Of a stretch of DNA of 64,000 nucleotides, positions 12,981-26,462 are shown piece after piece. Within the stretch, counting starts at the first letter, position 1. Each line of letters opens with the position of its first letter. The notes under the pieces are model-generated. The model made no database searches. It was not told where the DNA came from and was given only the letters and a program-made list of their open reading frames with translations. The translations under genes were made by a program, and so were the position numbers. Source of the stretch: Botryllus schlosseri (lineage: Eukaryota); assembly GCA_051294905.1 (NCBI GenBank), contig CM119372.1, forward strand, positions 2,606,001 through 2,670,000, written 5' to 3'.

Positions 12981-14173
12981 ATATAAAGCGTCGAATGAGG
13001 TTCACTCGAAACAACTATACGAGATGGTGATTTGAAGCATTTTTAAAAATACGGCTTTTGCATCGTAGATGTTCTGAAATTCGTCCATACAATAAAAACT
13101 GCAAACACAACAGCGACGAAATATTCTGCGATATCAGTCATATGTTAGATATATCGTTCGATTTTCACCTAATACTCGAGATACAGCAGGATATAATTGT
13201 ATTCTGCTACTGTCAGGCCACGTCTAAAGATTGGCAGTGCACGGAACAGTCCAAATCCATCCGTCCGAAGCTGTGTGTCGGTTCTTCAGTCTCTGTTTCA
13301 TTTACTTCGTTTGTTGACTATATAGTCACAAGCTTTATTTCCATAAAAGTCTTCAAACATTAACATTACATATCTGATTTTGGTGGTCTCCGTCCTCACT
13401 TTGGGCACGTCTATATTCTTGCTCGAAAACCTCAAATATCTCAAGGTATCGTCTCATTTAAACCAAACGTGATCGCTTTGTCTATTTTAAGAGTCACGAG
13501 CTTTTACCGATACACGCGCATTTCGGTGTCAGATACGTGTAAAATGCCCCATCGCGGCGACGGATCAGCACGAATTAATGATTCGAGGCGAGATCGCCAC
13601 TGTACTAATGATGATCAGAATTCCTTCGTAATTATAAACCTCCCGATACCGATAACAGTAAATAAACAAAATAACTTACTCATAGTGCTAGACTTACATT
13701 TTAGTCTTTCAACCCTTGATTTCTCATGTAATGCATGACAATATCTTCTAACAGAGTTTCATTTTCTGTCGGAAATCAAGTCAAGTGCGGGTCACACGAA
13801 GATAGAAACCTATCTTCATTTTTAATATATTTCAACGTCTACAATGACAACGTGTTTCTAGCGAAGGCAAGCATTGTTCAACCGTGTATTTGTTTTTAAT
13901 CTTCCCCTTCGTGTCGCCATTTATTTGTCAGTACAATGGCGCCGTCTAACCACTAGGAAATCAGTCTTCCCTGTAATTATGTCATAAAATATCGTTTTGA
14001 ATAATGCGTTGCACTCGTGGTCCTACTTGTAAATGTATTTCATGGCATATATGCCAGATACAATGGTAGCACTGTCACGGATGTCTTACCAGTAAATTAT
14101 CTCAATGACAGACGCCAATTGAATATTGAATTGGTTACTTTATAGTCAAGATATTTCTAGATATAATTTATAT

Positions 14174-14197
14174 ATGTGTGTGTGTGTGTGTGTGTGT
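14174..14197. repeat. (TG)n microsatellite
   Basis: Read directly. Confidence 0.9.
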
Positions 14198-14258
14198 TTG
14201 TGAGTTTCTTCAAAAATGAAATTTATTAGAAGTGTTCGGTGTTTGCGTAGGTTAAAGG

Positions 14259-14631
14259 TGGGGTTACCATACGTCCTACGTTAGGAGAATTTGTCATCCT
14301 TTTTCAAGAAATCGAAAATTTTCTCTTGAGGACGCAGCAATGTCGTCTTTTTTGGCAATTCGTCCTTCTTTATATCTTTGACCGCCGGGCACACCTAAAA
14401 AACGCCATAAATGATGCAAAATCTGGATTTTGACGGCAGGGACGTCAATGATGACTAAAAATCCGTTAGAGCGGGTCTTCCAGTATCCGAGTTGAAAAAA
14501 TGACCTTTTTTAGTCAACACAACAGCATTACTAGCAGAATTTTTTTAATTTTCCGTTTTATTGCGCGATTTTTTAAGTTTTGTGATTTGTAAAAAGTGTC
14601 CTATACTGGTTCTCAAAATATGGTAACCCTA
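14259..14631. mobile_element. hAT-type MITE family K
   Basis: Termini TGGGGTTACCATACGTCCT / CAAAATATGGTAACCCTA; homologous to 34506-35712. TSD not clear. Confidence 0.7.
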
Positions 14632-15609
14632 GTAAGCCTAGTTGAAGGTCTTAGGAGACTATTTAGTTCTGTTGTCATCGTTGGTACTTAAGTAGAAGTG
14701 AGGGTTCTACTCAAGTACAAAGTATATACAAAACTAAGAATTCTCTAGGCCCAGATTTACATCAAATGTTAATTGTTAAGTAGAAGTGGAAGCTTGCTAA
14801 CATCATAACCACTTGAGTTAGCGGAGGTAACAAAATCTACTTTAGTGCTCTCACAAATTAGATGTAGGCTTCTTCGTTAATGTATAGAAAGGATTGTTCA
14901 AATGACCTCGACGTATAGAAATCCGAAGCCGGGATTAATGTTTCGAACTCAAGAATGCTTGCACGCTAGTTAGCGGAAAGGATGCTTCTAAATATGAATT
15001 GACGTTGTTAGGACGATTTTATATGTCAAATACTAACAAATGATTGTATCCAGTATTCAGTAATACGTGAAAACTGTAAACTAACATATATGTTTCACAT
15101 CATACTTCGGTGAATATGTTCAACCTTAAACAAGAAAAATTTCTCGGAATATATAGCATTTTCATATAGTTCCGCCACAGAACTGTCGATTAGGTGAATC
15201 TTGTTGAGTGCATCCATTCATTTTGGTCAATGGTTATTTCACGACTCTACGCCAAATTCGGTAGTCTATGTCGCATCTTTTAGTGGCGTTCAAGGAACTG
15301 ATAACGTTTCTCGGCAAGATGCATATCTGGCATATCTTTGGAGTTCGAGGGAAGTAAATCAAAACCGTTATAACGAAAACCATTAAAATTTACATAAAGA
15401 TTTATTTACCAGCAGAAGTGGTCAGTCATGAGTTACTTCTGCTCGTTTTGAATACTCAAGTATAGGTTTTGCCTACTCCAACCACTTATTTAGGTGATTA
15501 TATAATAAATACGAGGAAAGAACGAAAGCACAGTTATTTTAAAAACGTACCCTAAAGTCTCAATTTTTGAGTGACATTTCAAGGCATGTTTAGGAGCGTT
15601 GGTCACGAT

Positions 15610-16126
15610 TAGGGCTGGGCATAATCGAGTACCTGAGTGATTCGATTATGAATCACGTAATATGCTTCGAGTCGAGTCAAGCAATCGAGTATCACTCATT
15701 ATGACGTCATAACAGACTGTAATATGTCAAAGTTCAAATATGTACCTTTTATGCGACCAGAAAGAATATATTGCCTGGTATCCATCACATTAAAGATACT
15801 TTGGTATTTCTTCGACCATACCGATTTCATTGCACTGGGTGACAATGTTGTGGGATGATCATGACTTCAGAAATGTGCTATTTCCAGTAGCGTTCGTAGC
15901 CTGCACTATATGTCTCGTATGCTACGATACGGCCAATCACATTTTCAAGGCTTCAACCGTGACAATTAGTATCGAAACTATAATTTTGGTTGATAAATTA
16001 ACTTTCAGTGGCGAGGAGCGTATAATTTCAGTGCTCGAAAAAATTGTTTTTTTATTACTCGACTCGAATCATTAAAATTAATACTCGATTCAGATTCGAG
16101 TACTCGAATCATGGTGCCCAGCCCTA
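15610..16126. mobile_element. hAT-type MITE family F (uninterrupted, 517 bp)
   Basis: TIR TAGGGCTGGGCA; perfect TSD GTCACGAT; TCGAGT/ACTCGA subterminal motifs. Confidence 0.93.
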
Positions 16127-17458
16127 GTCACGATCTTGCTTCCGCGTACCCTTCTGTTGCTTTTATGCATTTTGTGAAATCTGTATTTGGATATCAATGA
16201 ACCATTGCTCGCCAGCGAAATGGTCCCAACGTGCCCAACCCACTTATTCGGAGCACAATAAAAACAAAAAAACTTTAAAATCTCAATCCTGCGCCTGCAA
16301 TATCAGAAAGGGCGGTTAATACCTGCTCTGACTAAGCTGTACACAAACGAGATACAGCCACCTTAGCCATGTAAATTTACGCAGGTTGGCAAAATTAAGA
16401 AGCTCGTCATTTGCGTACAAACACAGCTACCCCGTCGAAATTAAACACTACTAAATCACCGAAACGATGTATATTCAGGGTTTGTAGTCGCATAAATTTT
16501 CAGGTGTAAATAACCTTTGCCGTTTCGTGCAAAGTAATGATTTTACATGAGTTGGTTTATTTATGCTTTACATTGCAAAATACGATTGATATATCAAAGT
16601 ACGTTAATTTCTGAGAAAAGCCGTATTTTACAATCAGAGTCATATACCGAACGGCTCCCACGATTTTAAATTTTACCGCAAACTGTCTTAGAAATCTGTG
16701 TGTACGGTGGATTTAGGAATAGATTGTCATCGCAAAAATAAACTTATGATTAATGACTACTTTGTAATCGAAATACCTGTCGATAGTTTCCGAGTTATAG
16801 ATTATTTTATTTTAATTTTAAAAGCGACATTAGAGTTTTTTTAGAATTCATGTGCGTCAAGACTCTCGTAGCGACAACTTATGCATGAGCTTTCATGAGG
16901 TGAGTCGAGCGGTGGTTCCCGGATTTTATTTCATTTCTGCATATACGTCTATACGCAAAATAATTCTCATCGAATCCTGTTATTGTTATAATCGTAACGT
17001 ATAACCTGTTGGTCCTGCCTTGACCATTAACCCCTGTTCCGAGTTTATGATCGTATGTAATATATTCATACCCGTATTGTACAAGCTAAATTAAGTTCCA
17101 ACGTATATTGTAACAAGGTAATTACAAACGGTGGCGAAACTATCCTGATAAGACTTTTTACAATACTAATAACAATAATACGTAATATACCCGTATTTGG
17201 ATTCAAATCAATATAGACTGATCATTTTACTATTTATTTAAGGGTAGGATATCCTGTGAAAGCATGTTTCATCTTGGTATCTTGGCATAGCAGTGAACGT
17301 GTGCCGTGGTGTAGTCTGATATGCGTCGATATTGATGTCGGGCCAAGAGTCCTCTTTCAAAAGAGTAAACGGAGAATATGATGTTTTATATTTTCCTGCT
17401 TGATGTTTTTGTGCTATACACACCCACTCGTGATATACATACCACGATCAGTGCATTA

Positions 17459-17810
17459 GGGCTGTTCAAAAACAACTTTTTTTTCCGGATTCCAACCATT
17501 CACTGACTGAATTGTCAGGTTACCCTAACAAACGCTGCACACTAAATTTGGTTAAATTCTAACGAATATAAGACTCCGCAGATGCAAGTAAATTTTTTAA
17601 TTTATTAGGGAAAATTCAGAAAAAAAAATTCAAATTTTTCTGTCAGCCCCATCAAATAGTTTAGCTGTCTTCAAAGACGATGCAAAACGAATTTTACTCA
17701 ATTCCAACTCGTAGAAGCTGAGTTATTTGAGAGAGAAAAACTCAAATAACCTGACAATTTACTCAGTGAATGGCTGGAATCCGGAAAAAAAAGTTATTTT
17801 TGAACAGCCT
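17459..17810. mobile_element. MITE with ~63-bp terminal inverted repeats flanked by TA
   Basis: GGCTGTTCAAAAACAACTTTTTTTTCCGGATTCCA..CCATTCACTGA..AATTGTCAGGTTA is mirrored at 17748-17810. Superfamily not determined. Confidence 0.85.
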
Positions 17811-17914
17811 TACTGTGCATAGGCATACCATGTGACGTAGGCTACGTCACAGGACAAGGAAGGTGAAGAAATAGCAATGTAATAGTTTTGCGGGGAAGTC
17901 ACAGATAATACCAG

Positions 17915-18010
17915 TTTTACCCATCAGGTCTTTAATCTGACCCAGCCGGGATTGAGCCCACGGCATATCGATTAAGAAGCCGAACGCTCCACCATTAGGC
18001 TATCACGGCG
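17915..18010 (-). mobile_element. Degenerate 5' fragment of an S1-like SINE
   Basis: GTCTTTAATCTGACCCAGCCGGGATTGAGCCCACGG...AGAAGCCGAACGC resembles the reverse complement of the S1 head and core. Confidence 0.55.
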
Positions 18011-18175
18011 AAATAAGAAATAAGAACTGAGAACTAAGCTAGCGATTGAATATAGAGAAAGAAAAACATGGATTAATTGGGATGATTGCCTCAAACTACG
18101 CAATATTGGGACACACAAATAAGGTAATGCCTTTTAGGCTAACAAGTCCGGTGAAATCTTCAATCGACATCCACA

Positions 18176-19082
18176 CAGTGTTGGGATGACTCGAGTCACC
18201 TTTTTCGTATGACTTGACTTGACTTGACTCGAGTCACTTTGCAAAAATGACTTGACTTGACTTGACTCGGTGCCTCAGAAATGCAGATTGACTCGTGACT
18301 CGGAGCAAAATTTTCGAGTCAATTTCAAGTTATTAAGTAAACGGTGTCGATTTTGTCACTTGTGAGAGCAACCAGTCTTCAATTATTGTAAGTTTCACTA
18401 TCCATTGTTACATCACAAATAAATTGACCGCTAACGAAACCATCACACCTACGTTGTCGTAGTAGCAGTAGATTTATCTAATAGCATCGCATCACTGTTT
18501 TTTAGGCAGCTCAGTACTTACATTGCGCAGTGCTCACCTTTGCCAACACTCTTGTATGATTTAAATCGAACGAATATAGTTTATGCCTTTCACGGATGTG
18601 TAGGTGGGTAGTGCCTATTGTACTACATCAATTTGATCAACCTCTCGAGGCTTCGTACTCGATCCTTTATATTGGCTGATAAAAACAGACTGTAGCATGT
18701 CGCTATTATGCAGCTACTCACGTATTTTATTAGCAGTTCTACGTGTGCGTGAGCGATACAACATCTTTTTGCTTGCATATTTAACTTTATAATCGTCATT
18801 TGATTCAAGATAAATGGCCAATTAATCTATCCTTCACACAGTTAGCAAAATGTAATGACTTTGGATCATCACAGATAATTAATTCGAAAATTTAATTTGA
18901 ATTGAATCGTGACTTGACTCGTGACTTGACTCGACTTGACTCGAGTCACCTCCAAAAAACTAGTGACTAGACTTGACTCGAGTCACCTTTGAAAATCGAT
19001 TGACTTGACTTGACTCGAGTCAAAATGTGCAATGACTCGAGATGACTCGTGACTCGAAGGTAGTGACTTGATTCCAACACTG
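18176..19082. mobile_element. hAT-type MITE family I with GACTT/GACTCGA arrays
   Basis: TIR CAGTGTTGG(G/A)AT; dense subterminal arrays; flanks share only CCACA (imperfect TSD). Confidence 0.82.
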
Positions 19083-20482
19083 CCCACAGAACGGGATTTT
19101 TAAGTTATGAGGTATAGCTTCTGGTTTCGTGTGCGACCTCTTGGGCGTGACCACACACTCTGTCTGGTAAACGGCTAGTTAATTTGCGAGCACCCGCAGG
19201 ACTGAGTCTGTACGTGGTAAGTGTGCGATGGAACGCGCGATCCTGTAAGAATCCGCTTAATGATCATTCCACAGCAAAGAAAAATGGCCGGTTGCATTCC
19301 GAAAGATTTCCCAGAAACGAGAGAGAACCATGGTTGCAGCTGCTCTCTACAGGTACCTTGCACGCGTTAGCAGTACAAGACCACCATACTATTATATAAA
19401 CAAGGTATATGCGCAAAATTCGTTAATTCGCCGCAGACATCCACCGCGAAACCCAGGTTAAATTCCATATGAAGCAAGTTATGTTTGATCGCGGATTTTG
19501 ATATCAAAGTATTGGATTGACTGGATTATGCGGTATTTGCGTGTCGATTATTCGAGTATTGGCGCAAAGCTGTAATTTGATGGTGCAGGGCAAACAATGA
19601 GGGGCTTCTAATTAATATCGCCACGTTAGCCCAAGTATATTGCAATGGCATAAATCACTAAGGGCATTATAGGATCGATTCCGAGGGGTGTGAACCTTGA
19701 TCTTTGTTTTGCTGTGCGTGCGTAGCATTTCATCTCTAAAATCTATATAGTCTTGACTCTTGACGGTTACAGAGAATTAAAAATGGCCTGATCTTGTTGT
19801 GACATGCGTTGCAGCATTCCGATAACATCGCAAATGACTGAATATACGTTGCTTTCAGCGAAGAAGCCGAAAATTTTTCGTTAAATCTTACAATATTTAC
19901 CAGATTCCGTGTAAATCGCATAATCTTCGAGTTCCTTGAAGGACTTTGTCATTAATTTGTCGAATTCTGCGAGTTGACTTTTTAATCGAAGGTTAAGAAC
20001 GGTATATTGTGGTGGATTAATGTCGTTTCAATAATTTGATAACATCTGGTACATTGATACATTCCTAAATAGTGACATGCCTGACTTGGTGATGAACAGA
20101 TTGAGCTGCCGATAAAATTTCGACTTTGGGAGTTACATCATAACCAAATCACTTTGACTATAATGTCTAATGACGATCGCCGGGTATGGAAATGTAAGCT
20201 ATAAATTACGAGAAACTGTACCAGAAGCAAATGTTCACTTAACTGTGTTTTGAAAACCTACATGTCATATCCTAACATATACATTGCAATACATGTAATC
20301 CAATTATGTAGATCGCTACCACCCATGCCATGGTATAATGGTATCTTGTAATTGCACGTAACACAGTACCAGTATATTAAACCTTACGTATTGGTCAGAT
20401 TAACATTGCCCTAAAAGCGATAGAAACTTGGATTTAAAGTGTTGCTGCATCTACCAGCCTGCCGACGAACATAAGGTGCAAT

Positions 20483-22959
20483 ATGTTATTTGTACTTCTC
20501 GTCACTTCCGTTCTTACGTCCATCGCCGAAGGAGATCTGTGCGATTATGCACAACCAAGAATTAACGTCGACTGGTTACAGGCACGTATATGATGATGTA
20601 TATACTACTTCAATATAAACCACGCTGTAGGCTACAATGTACATCAAGTAATACTGGCATTATTATTTCAAATATTGTACGAGTTATGCCGAGCATATAG
20701 TACATTTATAATGAAGTCCTGTTACATTTCAGTTAAACGGATCGTGGTATCACCATATGATATTTGGAAGCGGTAGCACCACGTGCCGGAAAATGAACAT
20801 CACAAATGTCGACATCGAAGGCAAAGTAGTCAGCGTAAAATTCCAAGACCTGATTTCGTGAGTTACTCTTGACTCGTTGTTTTCAGACGACCAGTATTGA
20901 ATCTTCAACTTAGTATCATACAGCGCATGTCTGCGCGCTAGCGTGCGCAACTGTGTAATGTGCATTAACGTATGAGATCAGCAAAATGTAATATAGTGTT
21001 GATTAGCGCTCGACAGATGACTGTAACACCTTCTCCAATAACCCCGATTTGCTCAACCGATATTCAAAAGATATGGCATCTATAGCTAAAGACGCATTTC
21101 CAAAACTTCAAAGCATTTTTACGCCTTTGCAGCCATTGCAATGCTCGGACATGAAATAAACTGGGAAAACTGTACTGGGGAACCCGTAACCTAATAAACC
21201 GATCAATATCCCCAGTTCAGCAGCTGCAGATTTTATTTCTCTAACCAATGCTACCATGACGTAACGTAAAGGTAATTGTCGATATATTCTACCTCTAACG
21301 GCCGATACCAATATCTCTTTCAAAGATATCGAATCGTTATTATCTGCGAACCGATAATATAGGTCGGCTCTAGTGCTCATATTTTTGCCAAGTATGCTGT
21401 TGATTGGTAAATACCATGGTGAATAAGTAAACCTATCGCCAGGCGGGGACATACACAAACTTAACCAATCGTATATTTTATTTTTTCATGGATTTAGATA
21501 CTCGTCCCCACAGATACAAATTCGTGAAGAATTCGCATTCTTCAGATGGAGCGACAATCCTGGGGTTATTTACGCGGGAATCAAACCAGGTGCGGATGCA
21601 TAGTTATGGAATACTTGGTTCTCTGCGCACGTATTACGGTGCAATGTATTGTTCCAATGTATTCTTCCATGGTTAAAGAGAATCTTAGAGGCACAGCACT
21701 TCAATACACAATTGAATAATATATTCATGTTGAAATACACCCGAATATTTTCGGCAGACACTGGTAAGGAGTAAAATCGTAAGCAACTACCGCATAAAAT
21801 TTAGAAGAACATTGTATATCTTCTGTGGTTATTCTCATTTGTTTATGATATATATTCATTCAACTATTTGTAAAGACATCACATAAAGTAGGCAAGACCA
21901 GTATACGCATTCTTCACGTTCAATCACACCTTGTCAAGGATCTATCGCGGTAAGAACCGTCGTGGTCCTATAAAAAGTCTACCATTCGCCCTTTGTTTAT
22001 CGTTTACGCTCAGAGAATCACATATGAAACAGAAAGTATTTAATCCGTCGTATTTATATTTATATCGACCGCAAATCTCTAAATGGAGTTTAACCCAGAA
22101 ATATGTTTTATGCAGAAGACCGGGCCGCGTTACTGCGGACAAAAATGTTACCCAAGCGGAAATCGCTATGCTGGAAACTAGCAGGTATAATGGTTGGAAT
22201 TTATATCCAGAATCTTTCAGTTATGTGAATAATTCTTCTTCAATCAGATTTATATTGACATTTTAAGCTACGTAGGTATATGCACAATTTCAGGTGCACA
22301 TAAATTTACAATGTTGGTGGCTGTCACGGATAAATGCAAGAAATATCCAATATTAGGCCGCGCTTAATATTGTCAGAGGTGGTTAAAGCATACTTAGTCA
22401 AACCAGGCGATCACGTAAAAGTAGACGAATCGGGTAAATTTTTACCCAATTACAATTCGATGAAGCGGTTTCCAATAAGTAAAAATTTAGGCCTAAAAAG
22501 TGAAAACTATATATGGAACATACAGAAGTAGAAGTAGCTCAATATCATACCAACTTGATTAAGCAGTGCGAATAGGCAAAACTTCTTGCATTAATCAAAA
22601 AGTAGAAGTAGTTCGTTACCCAAAGCCTCAGCCAATGGCCACCATGTCTTTTTTTCTTCAGGTATTCGACGATTCCACTATACCATCCACGACACCGATC
22701 ACAGAAACTACATCATATTCCTAGGATGCAATGATAGAAGTATGCTCAGTTATATATATTATCACTGAAACGCCTAATTTTGAAATCTTACTCTCGTTTA
22801 ATTTTGGCAGTGACCACGGTGGGCGTTTCTCTGAAGTCGATCGAAATTGAGGCTGAAATGGTCGATATAATTCAGCGAAGCTTGACCTCGACCGGAGTGA
22901 ACTTTTCGAAAGCTCTCCAAAGCAGTTACTTGACGTGCTACGCTTTACAGAATTATTGA
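20483..22959 (+). CDS. Secreted lipocalin (ApoD/Lazarillo-like Cys pattern), gene 1; join(20483-20581,20733-20857,21498-21589,22116-22184,22662-22739,22811-22959), 203 aa
   Basis: Manual splicing gives one open frame: MLFVLLVTSVLTSIAEGDLCDYAQPRINVDWLQ|LNGSWYHHMIFGSGSTTCRKMNITNVDIEGKVVSVKFQDLIS|YSSPQIQIREEFAFFRWSDNPGVIYAGIKP|EDRAALLRTKMLPKRKSLCWKLA|GIRRFHYTIHDTDHRNYIIFLGCNDR|MTTVGVSLKSIEIEAEMVDIIQRSLTSTGVNFSKALQSSYLTCYALQNY*. Signal peptide, GxWY, TDH motif. Introns 2-5 are GT-AG; intron 1 is GC-AG. Exon-by-exon similarity to gene 2. AATAAA at 23201. Exon 4 is the least certain. Confidence 0.82.
21673..21765. repeat. Interspersed repeat end starting TTAAAG (Kolobok-like), in lipocalin-1 intron 3
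   Basis: Inverted copies at ~50322-50410 and ~30115-30170. Confidence 0.6.
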
Positions 22960-24694
22960 TGTGATTTTGACAAGCAACATTTTGAATATACAATAATACA
23001 TACAAGCTATATATTGTTTCGTTTCATATGGTCAATACAATCGCACTATGACAATTTGCAGTGTTTACGAGTTTGCACATTACCATCTGTACGATGTACA
23101 CGTTTCGTTGTGTAGCCCGGTGGTTCCCAACGCACGCGTTGCCTGATTCATTTTTGATTCGCTTGTTTTCAGACATGCTGAATGCTGATAGAAGAATAGA
23201 AATAAAAGAATAAAAATAATTGAAAACGTGAAGAGACTCGAAAAAACCTACACACCATAGCCCGTATTCAACAACCATTACTCAATGCGCAAACTCGAAT
23301 TTCGTTATTATTTTTAATAGAATTCCCTAATTATTTGATCAGTTAAGCTATTACGACTGTTTGTTAGGGTCGCAAGATTTAACCGACCTTATATTGTTTT
23401 CGGGGTTCTTCCTTAAAACGTTTTCGGAATTACTGGCTTATAGTGATGTATATCTAAAAGTTGAAGTAGCTTTAATGCAAAATAACTATAAAATATCGCC
23501 GACCTCACTGCAATTGCAGTGACTTAAAAAGCCCAGAAAGTACAGTGAGCCGAGTTTGAAAGTCGGCAGCAATGATCCAATGAAGGAAGGCGCATGGAAG
23601 AGGGAGAGAGAGACTGATTCGTGGAAGAGAGACTGCAAGAAAAGTCGTCATGAAAAATGCATTGAAATGTTGAAATTACAATTGTTTTGTTGAAATTGCC
23701 ATCGTGCCATTGTCGTGGAGCACATAGCCTCATAAGACTATAAGCACCACTGCCGTACCTTATCAATACATTACAATACAACTATATAATATGCCATATG
23801 CGATTAAAAGTAATTCATTGCATTGATTTACTTGTAACTGCTGGTAGTAGGATTCCACTGAATGATTCAGTATTGGAAATCGCTTGTAAACCGACAATCG
23901 CAAGAGGACGAAATTGGTCAAAAACAATAATGCAATTTTTATCCATTATTCGTGGCGGCTTTTATATATGGTGTTGGTTTTCGTACTTTCGTTATAAATG
24001 ATGCTCCAACGTTGTGTTTAGTAACTTCGTATCCTTGTAAGGGTTTTGTCGCGCAGTCCTGTGAATCAATCTTGTCTGACTTTCACCACTTCATGATTAA
24101 CAGAGGCGTGATACGCTTTCGGGATTATGTATTCGAAAGGGCAAATAGAACTTGCCTCTCCACCCACACACATAAAATTGCAAGCTATCAGTATTCATAT
24201 CAACTGCCAATTAGCGAAACAATTTGACAAGGATTTCTCATCTTCAGTTTGCTCTAATCCATCGGTTTCAGAGATCGCGTATAATCCAAACGTAGCGGTT
24301 AACGTACGCGCCAGATTGGGTTAAGTTGCAAAGGATTACGGATCGGTTTCGCAGAATTCTATCGCATGCATCATATTTCCTAGACTTGTATAAAGGACTG
24401 TATGTAAATTTGTGACGACTTTATAGCTACTTTCGAACCAAAAACCAAAACATAACGCCTCGAATAAACGGTGTGAAAATTCCTTGCTTTGCGAACAAAA
24501 GAATTAAGAGGTCGGTTACAGTGCGGAAACAAAACATCGAATAATACTAACTCCAACGATCAATGGCAAACTAACTGGTACCTAAGAATAGTTCATGCCG
24601 ATTGGAATGTAACACGCGAACGATTCGGTCACAACTCAAACGCGATGTGCAATAGCAAATTCGATACTGTTGGCAAATATGAATCGATATTGAG

Positions 24695-26462
24695 TAGGGC
24701 TGGGCGCAATGATTCGAGTACTCTAATCTGAATCGAGTATTAATTTTAATGATTCGAGTCGAGTACTAAAATTATACGCTCCTCGCAACTGACAGTTAAT
24801 TTACTAACGAGCAGAGGTGGTCAAAGTAGTCAAGAAAGCTACTCAAGTAGAAGTAGAAGTTGCGACGGAAAAATCTACTCAAGTACGAGTAGAAGTACTT
24901 CTTCCATAAGCAACCTAAAACTACTTGAAGTAGAAGTAGAATTTACTGACTTTAAATCTACTCAAGTAAGTAAGTAAATCGAAAACGATCGTAATTCGTT
25001 CGTATTGATTGTCAGAAGCTGCAAATTGAGCTATGCGAAAGGTGCAGGGCTGTATTTATATTGATGCTTACCAGGAGGCATCCAATTTTCGACAGCATAA
25101 GCGTTCGACCGCATGATTGACTGAAAATGAAAGTATTGATATGGAAATGCGATACCAATCCTCTGTTTACTCGAACAGAACGTTTTAGAAAACATGCTGG
25201 TACGACACCCTCCCCCATACTTAAGGCCCGTATAGTTTGGTCGAAGAGGAATACGGAGAAGTTGTATTGGATACGGTGTGAATACTTTGCGCGATTAGTA
25301 AACGGTAATAAAACATATAGTGGATCGCAAAAACTCCATATTGTGTAACTTTATTTCCGGAAATGAAAGGCATTACTACACTTTCTTTCACATGTATGTG
25401 CTCCAGACAAAAGAACTGATACTAATTAGAACTCAAAGTATGATACTTGGAATTGATAGTGAAACATAAATACTATAGTATACTTCTCAAAGCGGAAAAT
25501 GTATTTAATGTCTTTAGTCCAGAAAGGTTGTATGCTATACAAGGTCTAAAAGCTACAAAAAAAGTCAGAGACCACTGTTCCAGATTAGGACATGCCATGG
25601 ACTGCTAGACTACGATATGATAAGTAAATGCTAGATTGCGAAACATCAGTTTCAAACGCTATGATGGGCCATATATACCTTGATGTAATGTTTCATAGGG
25701 TGACAATGCGGTGTGAACGGAACCACGCAACCCGCTACCTAAATTATATTGACTTCCGTGAAATACTATTGATCACTCCATATCCACCGTGCGCGAAGCG
25801 CGACGAAAATTCTGGGCTTTATTCAACTTTTCTGAAAATAAAATGTTGATACTCCGTGAAAACAGCCCCGAAATTCTTCAGGCTATCTTCCTGATTGGAG
25901 GAATAAACGACTTCTACTTGACAAACTGAAAATAGCGAAAAGTAAGTAAGTAGATCACAAAATATTATGAAGTAGAAGTAGAAGTAGCAAAAATTAGATC
26001 TACTTGAGTAAGTACTAGAAGTAGAGGAAAACTACTTGAGTACTTCAGAAAAGTAGAAGTACTTCGTTACTGACCACTTCTGCTAACGAGTATTATAGTT
26101 TTGATACTATTTTCCATTGAGAAGCCTTCAAACCTGGATTGGACATGTCGCAGCATAAGAGACATAGTACAGAGCTACGAACGATACCGGAAATAATTTA
26201 CGAAGTCATGATCATTCCACAACATTGTCAATAAGTGCAATGAAATCGGTATGGTCGAAAAAATACCAAATGATCTTTATAGTAATGGATAACAGGCATT
26301 ATGTTCTTTGTGGTGGCATAAAAAGTACATATTTGAAATTTAACATAGTACATTCTGTTGTGAATTGTGACGTCATAATGAGTGATACTTGACTACTCGA
26401 CTCGAACCGTAATACTTGATTCAGAATCGAATCATTCAGGTACTCGATTTGGCCCAGCCCTA
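24695..26462. mobile_element. Family F MITE (reverse orientation) hosting family E
   Basis: TIR TAGGGCTGGGC; TSD ATATTGAG/ATATTGAC. Confidence 0.9.
24812..26082. mobile_element. hAT-type MITE family E with AAGTAG arrays
   Basis: TIR CAGA(G/A)GTGGTCA; perfect TSD CTAACGAG. Confidence 0.93.

Noticed and set aside
21939..21949. 11-nt microexon (AG...GTAAG) in lipocalin-1 intron 3
   Set aside because: Inclusion shifts the frame and gives a stop in exon 4.
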